Source: Zygnema circumcarinatum SAG 698-1b (taxonomy: Eukaryota; Plantae; Zygnematophyceae). Taken from it: 64,000 nt of DNA. Position 1 is the stretch's first letter, and each line of letters begins with the position of its first letter. This document shows, piece after piece, positions 1-14,255 of this stretch. The translations under genes were made by a program, and so were the position numbers. The notes below the pieces were generated by a model. It did not search any database and was not told where the DNA came from. It saw only the letters and a program-made list of their open reading frames with translations. The DNA lies in contig CM074817.1 in assembly GCA_037447605.1 (NCBI GenBank), forward strand, positions 1,674,001 to 1,738,000, read 5' to 3'.

Positions 1-108
1 CTCTTCAAACAATGCCGAGTGCATGATGTATAACCGGCTTCTTCTCTTGTTTTGTTCCAAACCTCGCATTCTTCCTCTCTCCCTCCCTCAACCCCATTCT
101 CTGAACAG

Positions 109-1771
109 TCCGAACAATCCCACAGGGAGAGTTATTACCGAAGCCGAGCTCTCATTGGTTGCCGAGATCTGTACGGAGCATGACCTCATCGCGATCACTG
201 ATGAGGTCTGCCCATTTATATTGAACTTACGGAGCCTTTATTAACATATGTTTGTGCTTTCGTGGCTGTTTGGCGTACAAGAAGATGACCCAGCTCAAAA
301 GTTTGAAGTGAATTTAAACACATCAATGTTTTTCCAGTATTTTGTGTTTTTGGGTAGTGAAATTTATTGATTTTTGGAAGCTGTTTCAGAACTTTAGGGT
401 TACAACTTTAGGGTTACACTTGTACCTTCCGCCCAACACTCCCCGCACGGGCTTTTCGGTTCAGTTTGGTTCAGTTTGGTTGGTTCAGTTTTTCGTCCTC
501 TCTTCCTAATTTGCAGGTGTACGAGTATCTCGTCTTCGAAGGGGCTCGACACGTCAGCTTAATCTCATTGCCCGGAATGCGTGAAAGGACCATTCTGACT
601 TCCTCCATTTCAAAAACTTTTTGTGTCACAGGTGAGGTCACCTCTAAGACCACGAAACTAAGGAATCAAGCTCTCGGATTTTGGTGAATTTTACCCAAGC
701 AAAGGGTAAAATTAAAATGTAGACTTCAGGATGACCGAAAAACCAAAACAAAATGTTGATATAAAACAGGAGCTTAAAGTTTAAATTGAGGTGAACTTAG
801 CTTGAAGCTGCTAATGCATGAGTGCCAAGAATTGCTTTGTTTTGAACGAGAAAGGAGAGGACCTATGTGTGTGTTGTTCCTTTCAGGGTGGAGAATAGGG
901 TGGGCTATTGCCCCAAAGGAGATTGCAACTGCTATTGCCAAACTGCATTGTAAGCTCAACGACTCTCCGCCTGCGCCATTCCAAAAAGCGGCAGTGCTTG
1001 CCTTGGCCTCTCCCACGGAGTATTACGTCCGGCTAGTTGAGGTAGGTCAAACAGAAGAAAAGGGTCTAGGTTCAAACACAGCATATTGGGTGTTGAAAGG
1101 CTTTTGGGAATGGTCTTTTGAAGTTTAACTGCAGTACTGTGAGCTCTGAAAATCATTGAATTCACGGGACGGAAGCGGTGAAGTCTTGTAATTTGGGGGG
1201 TTTTGGGATGCCTTTCCTCCTCAGGAGTATGAGGAGAAGAGGGCGATGCTTTGTGCTGCAATAGAGAGCGGCGGTCTCAGCATTCCATCTCCGCCGCAGG
1301 GGGGAATGTTCGTTTTTGCCGAAATTCCACCTTCTTTTGAGGGGTCGGATGTGAGTGCGCTTCACACTTGCACCCACTTCCCTCCCCACTCGCTCCATCC
1401 TCGCCCTCCCTCTCCCCTCTCCCCTCTCCCTCACCTCTCGCTTCATTTGTCACTGTTTTCGCAATCGAAAACAACTGAAAACGCATCCTGAATGTGTATT
1501 GCTTCGTCTTCTGGGTCGCCTGTGATTTCAGTTTGATTTTGCGAAGGATCTTATCAAAAAAGCACGAGTGGCAGTTGTCCCCGGATCCAACTTCTTCCAT
1601 GCTGACGATGCGGAGACCATGGAAAGAGACAAACAGGAAAGAGGTGGGAGAGAGGTTGAGTCCAAAAGAAATAGGTACGTGCGAGTGGCTTTCTGCAAGG
1701 CCGAGCAGACCCTCAAAGAGGCAGCGGCAGCCTTCCGGCAGTTTGGCGAGGAATATCATGAAGATAAGTAA
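109..1771 (+). CDS. PLP-dependent aminotransferase class I/II (kynurenine/methionine aminotransferase-like), 5'-partial, spliced
   Basis: Exons ~109-205 (SPNNPTG...ITDE), 517-631 (VYE...SISKTFCVTG, PLP lysine), 887-1041 (WRIGW), 1225-1350 (PQGGMF), 1532-1771 (VAVVPG...YVRVAFCK, stop 1771). All GT-AG. Confidence 0.9.
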
Positions 1772-4249
1772 TAGGGTTTCAAATTTTTAGGGTTCTTAGG
1801 AATTATAGGGCATTGAGGTTGAAGGGTTTCGAGATGAAGAGACGAGGAGTATTTCCTGGAGAGCCTCTGTAGAAAGAGCCCCAAGGAGTTGAGAACGTTC
1901 GAGGTGCTAGTTACATGTGTTGTATCAACGAGGTCTTTGGGCTTTCCAGGGTTTCAAAGGTTTTTAGTATTCTTAGGGAATTCATCTGTAATTATTAATG
2001 GTACACGATTCAAGAAATTGACAACGACTTTTCCACATTGACGACGACATCGGCCTCACTTCACAATGCAACATCAAGTTAGCGAAAAAAACCGAACACG
2101 AGAGCAAACTTGACAGCCTTGACATACGTAAATTTTGAAGTGATGGTATGGCAGTATCACATACCCTCTTCTTGAAGGAGGCTACACTGCAGTCTCGCAG
2201 TCTTCCTCCTGTTTCTTCACCTCGTCCTTCCTCCTTCGTCGTCTCCTTCTCCTGCTCCACCTTCTCCTTCTTCTACTTCGTCCTCCTGTCCTCACTTCGT
2301 CCTTCCTTCGTCTCCTCCTTCAGTCTCCTCCTTCGTCTCCTTCGCCTCCTCCATAGGATCGGGTTTTGTAGCTTCCTTTTCCTTTTTTTTTCTTAGGCGG
2401 ATGGTGGCTTGGAATTGGTGGGGGGCTGGCGATTTGGAAGCAGTTAATTGGATCAGTTAGGGATGTCATGTCAGAGAATATTTCCTGCATTGATGTACTT
2501 GACCCTTCTGTTTACTATGAACACTTTTCTCCGCTGGGAGCTTGAGTCATTCTAGGCGATCATTTAATTTAGGACTGGGTTTTCAAACATGCTTCGGATT
2601 GCGGAAGTTAGGGAACTGAAAGAAGCAATTGTCTCGAAGCGATCTGTACTTCTTGTGACCTGTACCGTACCTACCTTACGACGAGCCTAGTGAATTACGG
2701 ATAATTGGTGGAGGGGAGTGTAGCAACTATTCAGATCCTTTTGCTCGAGAGTTGTCACCTGTTCGATTGAAAACTCTCTTGAAGATCCATGGAAGAAGCA
2801 GGTTAGCTCATGAAACATGTCTTCAGAGAATGACGTGTTTGCTTTGTGGGTCACAGTTGAGGGGGGAGGGGAGAGGGAGGGAGGGGGGAAGGGGCAGAGT
2901 GGGAGAGCGGGACAGTGGGAAAGTGGGGGGTTGGAGGCGGAGATTGAGGCTGAGCCGGAGAAAGAGGCGAGAGGGAGAGGAAGAGTGTTAGAATGCGAGA
3001 GCAAGAGAGAGAGAGAGAGGCGTCCCTAGTTCTATTCAATGTACGGTTACCTAAAGACGACATGACGTCACATGGCCGATGCCAGCGTGCCAAATTTATA
3101 TTTCAAGAATGTGAAGATGGCATTGCAGAAGAGCCAACGTTTCATTATCACCTAATTGACAATGAACTTGTTATATAAAAAAATAAGGGGGAAAAACAGA
3201 AATGCAACCAGACTCCATGCCGGGACAACATTCTGTTGAGCTTCCAGGAATTCAGGGAATCCGTCCTTATTGTCATGCTACAATAGCTCCGACTCTTGTT
3301 GACATGTAACTGGTCGGGCTCACCATGGTGGTGAAAATGCCCCAATAATGAAAGTTATTAACAACATTTTGAGCCGAAGGAATCGCAACGCCTCCAAGTC
3401 TTCACTTGAGGACCTCGTTAAGCCTCCACCTCTACATGAGGTATGGGCTGTCAAGGACAGCAAACCCGCAAGCCACTCCGCCCTCATCTGAACTTGCTCT
3501 TTTTGTGCGCAGTAGGTGGCCCGCCGGCTTGTTCAGCACAACTCTTGGCGGAAAAGAAGCAAGGCCTCCGATTTATGAATGAGATTCTACCTGCAAGTAC
3601 GTGCGATCGGAAGGCAACGACAGCCCACATTTATCACAAAAAAGAAAAAGAAAAAATGCTATTTCGGGCAAAGGATCTAAGCTAATTCTTCATCCTCACT
3701 GTACTCGTGAATAAGGCAGACTCTATTCCAACATAACTACTCTCCCCGCATAGGTCCGAAGTCTCTCCTTCTGCAGGCTCTCTCGAGAGAGGAGACGGTG
3801 TCAATTGATCTCAGTGATGTTAATTTCAGCTATGTTTTCAAATTTCCTTAAGAAAAACTCAGCATGCAGCGTACTAGTTTAACAGCTACGCACTGTAAAG
3901 CCATTTGGGAAGTCGACAAAAACTTACAGCTGCCCCGCTGGTCACAAATCTTCTGCATCAGACCGTCTACTCCCTGGTCTCACCCTATTCCCGTCTGAGA
4001 GACAACCATGGAACTCTGCAAAAGAGCAATGCCGAAGGCGAGGCAATAGATAAAGAGTAATGAACCTGTCAGTAGAATTGCAGCGATGAGTTATGTCTCA
4101 CGTAAGCGAGCATGTCCTACTTAGAGAAAAAATGAGGCAATTCAGAGGAGGTCAAATACCTCTGCTAGTTTCGCGTCTCGATCTTGCAGCCATTCTTGGG
4201 ACCTAGGCCTCTCCCAGCACAGCTGCATGGTTCAGTTCAGCAGTAACCG

Positions 4250-7200
4250 TCATTCACTGTCAGAGCTCATGGCATATCGCCTAAACTGTGAGTTTCGCAC
4301 TTGGGGTGTTCCACGATAATCACGCTGAGGTCTTTGGCCATGACCAGAGCTCCCATTCATTGCTAGCAGAGCTGCAGCATTTTCAAAACTTCCCCAGAAA
4401 TTAGATGGCATGATAGTTTTCTAGTCTTTCTTTTGTCGGTAAGAAATGACGAACTTAACCACTTCCCAAAAGCAACAACAGACTCAGATCTGGCCATTAG
4501 CTTTAATGGGCACACCATTGCTTGCCGCGTTCTCCGGAGAACTGTTACGGAACAGTGAACTGCCCCCAGCATCAAACTTGCGATGATGGTATCGCCGACG
4601 GGACCTTAAAAACCAATCCCCATCACTATCTCCCTCATCACTGTCCTGTCCATTCCGGGTGACATCCCACCGTCCTTCTGCCACTACATCCTCTCTCACT
4701 CCATTTGTCTCTGTGTTTGATGGCTCAGACCCGCCTACATCTGCAGGTCTCCACCGAGGTTCAATTGGGTTTTGCGGTGCCGACGGCATCCATGTTACAT
4801 CCAAATTACGGTTTTCAACTCCTCGGTCTTGTGCTAAGGGTACTGTTCTAAGGTGTAATTCTTGACCTGCCATAGACTCTTCTGCAGGAGGGTAAGCTCC
4901 CAGACTTAACGGAACTTGCTGCCAAAGACGGTCTGTTTCCCACCATGGCTGCTGCCCATTTGACTGCTTTTCAGGAAAGGACACCTCTGCCATAACCCCC
5001 TCCCCAGCGCCCTGCTGTTCGTGCTGCTCTTTGCTGCTAAGTGCTGCAAATTCGTTGAATGCAGCAACAACAGGGGAGGGATGGACTGCTGAGGGAGAAA
5101 GAGTGAGAGCAGGAGTAGTTGACACTTGTTCCATTAGCTGCGGTTCTTCATCACTGTCACTTAGCGTTATTGGATTCTGTGCTCCTCCACCGCCATTCAC
5201 CTTTTGTGCAGGAGGCAATGCTGCATCAGGTTGCCTACTCCCATTTACACCGTTAACTTCCACGGGATCGACGACCCGTTGTACTGACCGTCGATGGAAA
5301 ATGAGTGGACTGTCAGCATCATCTTCATCGCTGCCATTTTGTGCTTGCATGGTGGAAGGCGTAGCCCCATGAGAGAAACCGAGGGGCAATGATGCACTCC
5401 TGCTCCCCTTGTCACTACTTCCCTGCACCTCACTCCTCCTCCCCCCGGGTTGAAGTGGAGGATTGCTTTGCATTGACCATGATCCATCTCGCATGCGCTT
5501 AATGCCCAATCGTAGTAGCGGCTCCTGCTTTGCTCCTTTTGCATTGACTGTTTCCACGCTACCACATGCACCTTCTACTCCACTCTCATCACCTTGACTA
5601 TGGCTTGCCTTTGGAAGGACTGAGGAAGGGGGCGGCCTCCATGGCTCGGAGCGACCCAAAGGTCCCTCCAAACGAGGCCGCCATGAACCATCCGCTTTGA
5701 CCTCCACATCGGTCACATCTTCATCATAGCTCATCAACTGCACCCTCCAACCAAGCTTTCATGAAAAAAGAGAGGGCCAAAGGACTGTGTTTTCACTATT
5801 ACATCGCATATTTTGCAGGAGTAAACAAGGTGAGGATACAGGAGAAGCCCATTTGCGCATCAGCTACAAAACAGACTGCTGATTTCAGGAATATTACTAC
5901 AGCTCGAGTTACTTACAGCTAATGTAATGTCGTGGAAGTACGGATCAACAATAAGGCTCTCCAGAGAGTAGTTAACTCCACACGTGGGGCATTGCCACTG
6001 TATCAGATACAGGCAAAATATAGGCGTTAGGACCCTTAGTTGAGCAGGCTTGCCAGACAAGTGCTTTTTTGTCAATAGAAGGAGAGGGATGACGAAACAA
6101 ACCAACCTTTCGAGCCCTCTGATTCAATGCCACAAGGGTTGCCAGGTCAAAGCAGCTCATGTGAGCGCATTCTTTGAATCGCCCTGCTTCTCGCATTCGC
6201 GATCCTGACATCTGCAGTAGAGCAAAATAATGGAAGCGAAGATCAAGGCTGTACCAGACATTACAATTGAAAGGGCTCACAACTCTAAGACTAGGACAGT
6301 GAAGACAGACATTCACTCCTTAACAAAGATGCCTGCACTTGCACGCATCATACAAACTTTCAGATATGATGAGATGCGGTAGGTAGCCTTGTTCAAGAGG
6401 ATTCATAACGGCAAAATAGATGAGATCCCTTCACTCAACGCGTAGCAATCGGTTAGAATTGAAGAGCACTTACAGGACAGCGAAGACTAACCACCACGTG
6501 ATCCTGCACCACTTCCAAATCACTATCACTATCGCTGCCACTCCCACTGACAGCAGCCCCGTTTCCCGATGTCCCACCACCTCCTCCAATGCGTTTGTTA
6601 ATGCGAGACAGTGCAGTGGCTAATGGCTCTCCCTCTCCCACAGGGGGCACCATGCCTAACACTTCCTCCAATGACCTTCGCCGCACCAAGCGTACTCCCA
6701 CCACAAACTGACGAGCATCATAAGCAGTGACTTGTAGGCGATTAGACCCCTCCTTCATGAACTCCGTGATCTGCACATGCATCAACTCTCGCTTCACTTG
6801 CAGCTTTGGAGACGGAGCCTGTCATCCTAATCTCATTTGAAGAATACAGCTCATATGACATGATTGAAGAGCACGTCCATTCAAACATTTCCGAGCCTAC
6901 CTAAAAAATAGCATGCTGTTCCAGCCAAACAAACCTCCTTTCTCCTTTTTTTTATCCCCTAACTACAAAGTTCAGAAATGGGTCACTAGATCTAGAAGAT
7001 AAACAAAAAACACTGAAGGAAATTTCGATAAATGCACAAGGTTAGATCAAAGTAGGTTGCTAAACCCTGATAGCAAAAACAACAGCCCTGTGAGCCTACC
7101 TTTCCAGCTTCATCCCTTCCATTAGTCCCCAACACCTGCTGACCGGGTCGATGGGCCACTCGTAATGGAACACCTGCAGGCACAGTCCTCTCATCATAAA

Positions 7201-8936
7201 TGCAATGAAGTGAAATAGAAAACTCTGCTCCCATTCACTCACCTTACAAACCAAACCTACGAAGGCAGTCATGCATGTTTTTTACATCCTCACCATTAGC
7301 TCGTACTTCACAGAAGAGAGGCCAGTGAACCCGAAGCGGCACTTTGTCATTAAGCAGCATCGCCCAGACCTGCAATCACACAAACTTTTCGGATCAGCTG
7401 AAGCTCAGCCATCACAGAAGCATCAAAACAGTCATAGCAAAGGGCACGTTATGAGGAATAAGCGATTCTCTCCTTCATATTAGTACCTAAATGAACAATG
7501 ATCATGTCAGCTGGAAACAGCCTCACCTGCATCTCATGCCGACCATCATAACAAGCCTGCTTATGTACGCTTGACAAAGTGAAAGTACGCTCTGCCATTT
7601 GAAATGGACCAGTCCTGCAAGTCACACCATCCGGTCTCTGGTTTAAGCATCTTGTACAAAATATGTATCACCTAATGGAGAAAAAAGAGTGGAAGGACGG
7701 TGACTTGCAAAAGTACGCCATGCCCTGCAATTCTAAACTCGTGAGCACTTAAAGCAAATCTTACCCGGTAATTGGAGCTCCGGATTGTGGTGGGAGAAGC
7801 TTCACCGGAAGAAGAGGGTGGCCAACAGTTTCAAAAAAAGGGTCTCCTTTTTGAAGTCTGCATAGCTCACAGTAGAAGTGGGCAGGCAGAATAGTTTCTG
7901 TTCCAGCAGGAGCCCCTTCTGGTGGCAAAATCACACATGAAACGTGTTGCCAGACACCACAAGCAGGAGATTCGCACTGCAGCATCATGCCCGAGTCACT
8001 GTCATTGCCACATGGGCACCGAATACTTGTAACCTCAACAGTTTGCATATGGTTCTGTATCACGACTTCCTTAGGGGCAACTGCTTGCTTCGCAGGCTGA
8101 GCAACCCCTTTCCGTTGATTTGACACCTTTCCAACAAGCCGCATACCGCTGCAACCATACCGCCACAAGCAACCCCATTGCTGAACTTGACATCTGCCTT
8201 TGGAAGACTTCGCAAAATGAAAAAGAAAAACGTACCACCAGAAGGATGATATCATGGCACAACTTCTGAAATGGACAACCTTAAAGAAGCTTACCAGTAG
8301 ACATCCTCGATCACAGCTTCTACTGTAGCACCCCCTGTGGTAGCTGCACCTCGAGAGTCCTGCTTTGATCCTGTCCAATTGACATACCATTGAGAACATT
8401 ACGATAGCCTCAACAAGCGCAACATCATTTACAAGCAAGTAGTCTGTCGTCTTGTTCGGGCACACACCTTGTTGCGTTCCGTTCTGTTCCGACCTAAGAA
8501 GTGCCAATATACGGTCGACAAGCACCTGTTAGGATTGCCCAACTAATTGAGGTCAGCATTAGATTCAAAAAGGAATCACTAACTCTAGGGCAAAGTGCCC
8601 ATTCCAGCACATTGAAATATCATCACGATATGTTCAAACGATCGTATACTTCCCGCACATTAAAATGAAAGCTGAGGAGAATTGTAACAGGCCAACACTA
8701 CGCAATCTCAGCACGAAGAGCTAAACTTATTTAAAAACAGAGGAAAACTGAACTCGAAAAGAGAATCAAACAATGCTGACCAACAAGCCTACATGCAAAG
8801 TGCTGGAGTGATCCAACTCAACATAGCGTCAAGACATTGACGTGAAAGTTCAACCTGCTTTGTCCCGTTCCTTGGTGCACCAAGACGCTGCAGCGCGTCT
8901 TTTAATTCTTTGATTCGAAACTGAGCTACTTGACCC
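4250..8936 (-). CDS. SIZ1: E3 SUMO-protein ligase SIZ1 (SAP, PHD, PINIT, SP-RING/MIZ domains); start codon unresolved (5' end probably extends toward ~9850)
   Basis: SAP motif [14 protein letters not shown] (~8860-8936); PHD IRCPCG...CGVWQHVSC...FYCELC (~7800-8030); SP-RING VSLRCP|MSGSRM...CAHMSCFDL...WQCPTC. Large exon ends at donor 4516. Final coding exon 4371-4250 reads ALLAMNG...[10 protein letters not shown], resembling plant SIZ1 C-termini. Confidence 0.92.
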
Positions 8937-11154
8937 TGCCCCATCCAACTCACCAACAGATAAAACGTTCCTGAAAAAAGACTGCAGCCATTGAAGTATC
9001 TGTACGCATTTGGTCTAGCAAACCCTAAATCGAAATGTAAGTCAAAGAAAAAGTGCAAGACCACTAGCCTTTGGTAAACTTGAAATAGGGAAAATGCTTC
9101 TCAGCGTATAAGTCACAAAATCCCTAATCGGCAGATGATAAGTGTCTCGCAGATTCAAGGTGCTAGCTAAGCATTAGGCAAACATCATCAGCTCAATGAA
9201 GGCTACAGTATGCTAGCACGCTTTGCTCTCTTTCTCTCTCTCTCTCTCTCTCGCCCCCCCTCTCTCCCACACCCTCTCTCCCTCTCCCTCTCCCAGTCCT
9301 CTCTCTTTTTTTTCTTCCTCTCCTCAGCATCAGCCTCTATTTGCGTGAATATTGGTATACGAAGCCGACTGATCTCATTCGAGTTAACCCTAACTCTAAC
9401 CCTAACCCTACTAGTTACCAAATCACGAAAAGACTACAGGATAATGCACAAAAACGAAAAGCATACGAATTCGCTGTTCAATACTAAGCCAACACTGCGT
9501 CTGACTGCATTCCAAGACCTAAGTTCAACAAAAAGCTGATAGCACTCCGTACTCTAAACTCTAAAAATACATCAGATGGCTAAAAATCCGTTAGTCGCCT
9601 ACCAGGAGGGGTGGGGGGCTGAAGACCTAAACGAATGTTCTGGTGGAGGCTATACCTGAAAACGTCGAAAAGTTTCGTCGTCCATAACGCTCCAATTAAG
9701 AGAAACGATTACTCCAGCTGCCACACGCAGTCATCAGATGCTACTTCCTCCCTCACTTCCTTCCTCCCCTCCTCCTCCTCCTCCTCCTCCTTCCCCTCCC
9801 CGTCTTTCTCGCGCTTCCTGCTGCTGCTCAAACCCTAAATGGTGACAGACCGGCAGAGAAAGACCTGCTGCGGCCCCTTGAGGCTTTTTTGAGACCGCCT
9901 GCCTCGTTCTATGCGCATGAATCACCTGTTACAGTTTGGTCAGCCAGTTTCAAACCCCCATGTAAATGGCCACTCGCACTGTCGCAGAAGCTTCCATAAG
10001 AGGGGATTCAGGCGTACGGATGACGGTGGTTGCAAAAACTTGTACGGTTATCATACGGAGAGTGGGGATCTGGGGGACGTTTAGGCGGTATAGTACCACC
10101 TACAGTACAGGACAGTACTGTACCGCCGGAAGGCCGTACGGCGGTTGAAGGAAAAAACAAAAAAACGTCAGCAAAGTGTAACATATCGTCATGACACATC
10201 CGGCCTGCGTGACGTGACATACAGTCCTACGCTGCCTGCTAGTGTTTAACTGAACGTCACTGCCGTTCTATGCGAGTGCCAGAAAGTAGTTCGCCGTTCT
10301 GTTGGGCTTTGATTTCCATGTGAACGAGCGTGGCTGGCATTGCCGGGAGCGAAAGGCAGGAGAGGCGGAGGGAGGGAGAGGTGGAGTATTCGGCTGATTG
10401 TTTGATGCTGGCAACCTTTCAGTTATAGTCAGCAAACCTGGACTGCATGTGCTCTTAAATATCGAGGCAAGCCTACGTTTTTAAGACAACTCTCGACAAC
10501 TGTTGTCGTTGCCAAGGTCATATGCTCCAGGGCATTCTTTAATCCTAAAACGACATTTTAGAAAAAAAAAAGTTGGCCTCGAAAGCTCAGCACCAGAAGG
10601 CTGGAATAGAAGTACCGAAGGAAACTTGGAAGTCTTCTTGCGAAGAATTTTTAGCTTTCTTATTGGAGGTGTGCAGTTTGCATTAGGAAATGGGGCAGGT
10701 TAGCAGGTCGGCAGGTTAGTGCACATATGTTTCAGAGGCAGAGAATTGCCATAACAAAGAGGAGAAGGAAGTGATGCCAAAAGGGAGCCACAAATTACAG
10801 GGTGAACGCATGCAGCATTCAGGGCACTCAGCCAAGAACGGACAGCTCTATCATTGAGGCGCCTCGTGGATCACATCTACCTACATTAGACTAAGAGGTA
10901 AACTAAAGTCGCAGAACACTTTCTAAAGGACTATGCGGATCTATTTAATCCACCGCACGACGATATATCATCAACTGAATCTTGTCAGCGATAAGAAAGT
11001 ATAGTTGCACGCAGCTATAGCTCTTGTGGCATTATTATCAAGGCCACAGAGAATAGTGCTTAGAAGGGATAAGCCCATTAAATAGAAGCAGCCGCAGGAG
11101 TGGGCTCTAGCGAATGCTGTGTGCTCAGCCCTTGCTGCGCCATCCATGGCTGCG

Positions 11155-14149
11155 TCAACGTGCAGTCGGGAAGGGCTGCTTCAGGACCCTTGCCTCCGTG
11201 AACCGCTTCCTTTAGCATGCGATAATGCTCATTCACTTTGTCAAACACAGCCTGAGAATATACTTCCCGTGCCTGCCCACAGTACAGACCAGTCAGTATC
11301 TGTGCAGATTCCCTGAAGTGGATACTTATTCGTCGTTAATGAGGTACAGCAGGAGGGACTTTTTTGTCGACCATGGCTGCTCACCTGCTTCCTGTCTTCT
11401 ACGTGTCCTGCGACTTTATTAAATTCGATCTCTTTTGCCACAGAAATGGCCACCCCATGGAAATCAATTTTGCGCTCTTCGCCAAGCTCTTTTTCGACCT
11501 GCAAGACTCTCCACCGCAACCCTTTACAACGGCAACAACAAGTGCTATTCTGGCACTACATTCTCCACCGACAGACTGGGATTACCATTAAAAAGGGAGG
11601 AGGACGTACACAATAGACACAGAAAACCATCCCATCCATAACGTCCTGAATCAAATCCTAATCTTGCATCTCTTCAGGTGCTTCACTGACACACATCTGG
11701 GTAACATGCGAAGATAACCTACACTGCGTGGGGGTGGCATGATGTCGTAACAGAGGAGGGCCATGGGATAGAGGTGACCCTGAGGCTCTGCATCATCAAG
11801 CATCCGACGCATCATCTCCACCGATGCGGGATCAAAAGCAGCCTGAACCCTCAGCCCACAGCCCAAAACATAAACTAAAGTGAGGCATCCACCTTCCTCT
11901 CCAAGTATAGTGCCAAGGAGGAACAAGCTGCAAGGGTTCATTGCTTCATACCGGCACCCATTCATCGGTAACAGGGTCAGGGCGATCCCTTCCTCCACTT
12001 GGAGCAACCCAAATGAGGTTCCCTCCTTTTCTGCATTTCCCCCAGCAAAACCCCCCCAACTAACGTGCGAGTTGACTGAACAGAAATACGACAGTGCCAT
12101 TCGCAGATGTGGCTACTCCTCAGCATCATAAGGAGTCGCAAGCTTTAACGAGCCTAGTGCATTGCCTTGTCGGAATTTGCCTTCACTCAAGTTAAGGGAG
12201 TATTAGAAGTGTCATAGACATACAATTCCTCTATCGTTGCATGGACAAAACCATACATCATAGACTAACAATGCCGTTCGCAATCCTATTAAGCCAACAC
12301 TAAAAGTAGCATTACTCAGGCATCCAAACAGGATGCTCTCTGTATCTAAGCTTGTCCAGAGTTACTTGAAGGCCAAACCTGAAAAGCATTGACATCTCTT
12401 TGAGAGTCTTCCTATTAGCCGCCATCTTCTGTTCAGCCAGTTCTGGAACGTCATTGATTCGCTTTTTTGAGAAGACACACAGGAGATTTCTGCAAAGAAC
12501 AGCTGGTTTGGACATGGTTAGGATGAGGATGACCAAGATTTAGATCAATAACCAGAAGTCACGCAGATAGTCAGCAGCAGAGAGAGGAAGCTGACGCTAA
12601 CCGGCCCATGCTGAAAGGCTTGCAGAAGGGATCAAGCACCACACGATCGCCAGCAATGTATGTCTGTACGGCACCTCGCACCCCGCTCCCCACACATCCA
12701 CATTGTCTCAGATATAGGTACAATTACCCACATAAACTCCAACGTAAAATTGTTTTAAGATGAAGAGTTTCCACTAACCAAGCCCGTTGCAAGGCGAGGA
12801 TGGGAAGTCTCCAGCAGCAGAGCAAGGACGCCAGGGTCCGCCTCTGTCTGGTGATTGGCCAGCAGCACAACATTGTGACCCTGCAAGGGATCAACAAAAA
12901 TGTGAGAAGGTTTATTGAACATTCTTTTGTAAACAGACAATGCTTGAGCACAAACATGCACTCACAGGTGCATTCCTTTTGCCCTCGAATAGTTGAACAG
13001 TTAAACATAACTCAGCACCTGGCTTAGCTGCCTGTCGATATCATCAAAAAGCGCAGCGTTGCCGAGAAATGAGTTTCTGCACGTCCCATGCCATACTGTG
13101 GGCGCACTTCAGAAAAGGTCTGCCCTGCCTCTAACTCCAGCTGCCTTTCGTTAAGAAAGGAAAGGCAATAAAGGGCGACAAAAAAATGTCAATTTTACGG
13201 CAGAAGTCACACACCGAAAGTCGATCAACGGCCGAACGTAATTCTGGCCAAAGGCGTAGTAATCATACGGTTCCGTAATGCGCACATGGTGTGAGGGGAA
13301 GGTGAAGGGGTCCTGCTTCCCAGTCAAACATCCATTTCTTCCGAATCTTAAGAAATCGCTAGCCTTTCAGACCCACGTGAAAAAAGTATATAACAAAAGG
13401 TGAGTATCGGCTACTGCATGGTAAAAATTGAAAAGGGTGAAGAGGTAGGGCTGACCTCAAACTGCACCATGATGCGGTCAAACACGGTCGCCATTACGCG
13501 GGCGGCAACCTCCTCAGGATTTGGAACTCCGCTTTTCACAACCTGCAAGCCATGGCAGCTGTCGCACAGGTCATCTTCAGAATACGGTTGTCAGACACAA
13601 ACAGACTCTCATAGAGGCAGCAAAAAGCTTACAGCATTGCGATAATTGCGGAAAAAAGTCTCCATTCCTGGAGCCGCCATGGCTGGAAGGCGCTTAGCTT
13701 CCACCTCCGCCCTGATTCCAGCAAAGAGCTCTGCTCTCCCACAAAACCCTTGGTTCCCTATTTAAGGTTCCTCACGCGCACATTCATACAAAGAAAGTGT
13801 CAAACTCCTGACCCTCTCTTCATATCTTGCGAAGATTGCAATGGCGCTGAGCTTCACCTGCTTCCGAAGAAACGCTCAGAAACGAGTCAGTGTGCGGGCG
13901 GACGCCAGTTCCCGCACTGGCAGAAACGATGGAAGCTCTGACACGTGGCGCCCGCACGTGCGCTCCCTTGGAGCCCGCTGACGCAGCAGCCAGCTTCAGC
14001 AATGGCCGCCACCGGAGCTCCGAATGAAGCTTTTGCGGGGCACTGGCGAGAAAGCCGCAGGAGAATACGACGGGAGCCAGCTGCTGCTCGCGGCCGAGGG
14101 TGCGCGTGGCAACCTGCCATGTGGCGGCCTGTGAGCAGGCGCCCGCCAT
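11155..14149 (-). CDS. ATS1: Plastid glycerol-3-phosphate acyltransferase (GPAT/ATS1) with N-terminal transit peptide, spliced
   Basis: Motifs [16 protein letters not shown] (HX4D), [54 protein letters not shown]. Start MAGACSQAA at 14149; stop after KQPFPTAR at 11155. Confidence 0.93.
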
Positions 14150-14255
14150 GGCTGCTGCTTCTGCTCCCCTTCCCCTTTCCCTTTTCCTTTCCCGTTCCCT
14201 TTCCCTTCCCCTTCCCTACCGCCGCCTCCTCCCTCCCTCCTCTCTGCCCGCCTCC

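Noticed and set aside
4484-4515. ORF-track stop at 4484 as the SIZ1 end
   Set aside because: Splicing at 4516 to 4371 yields a SIZ1-like ...SSDSE* terminus, which fits better.
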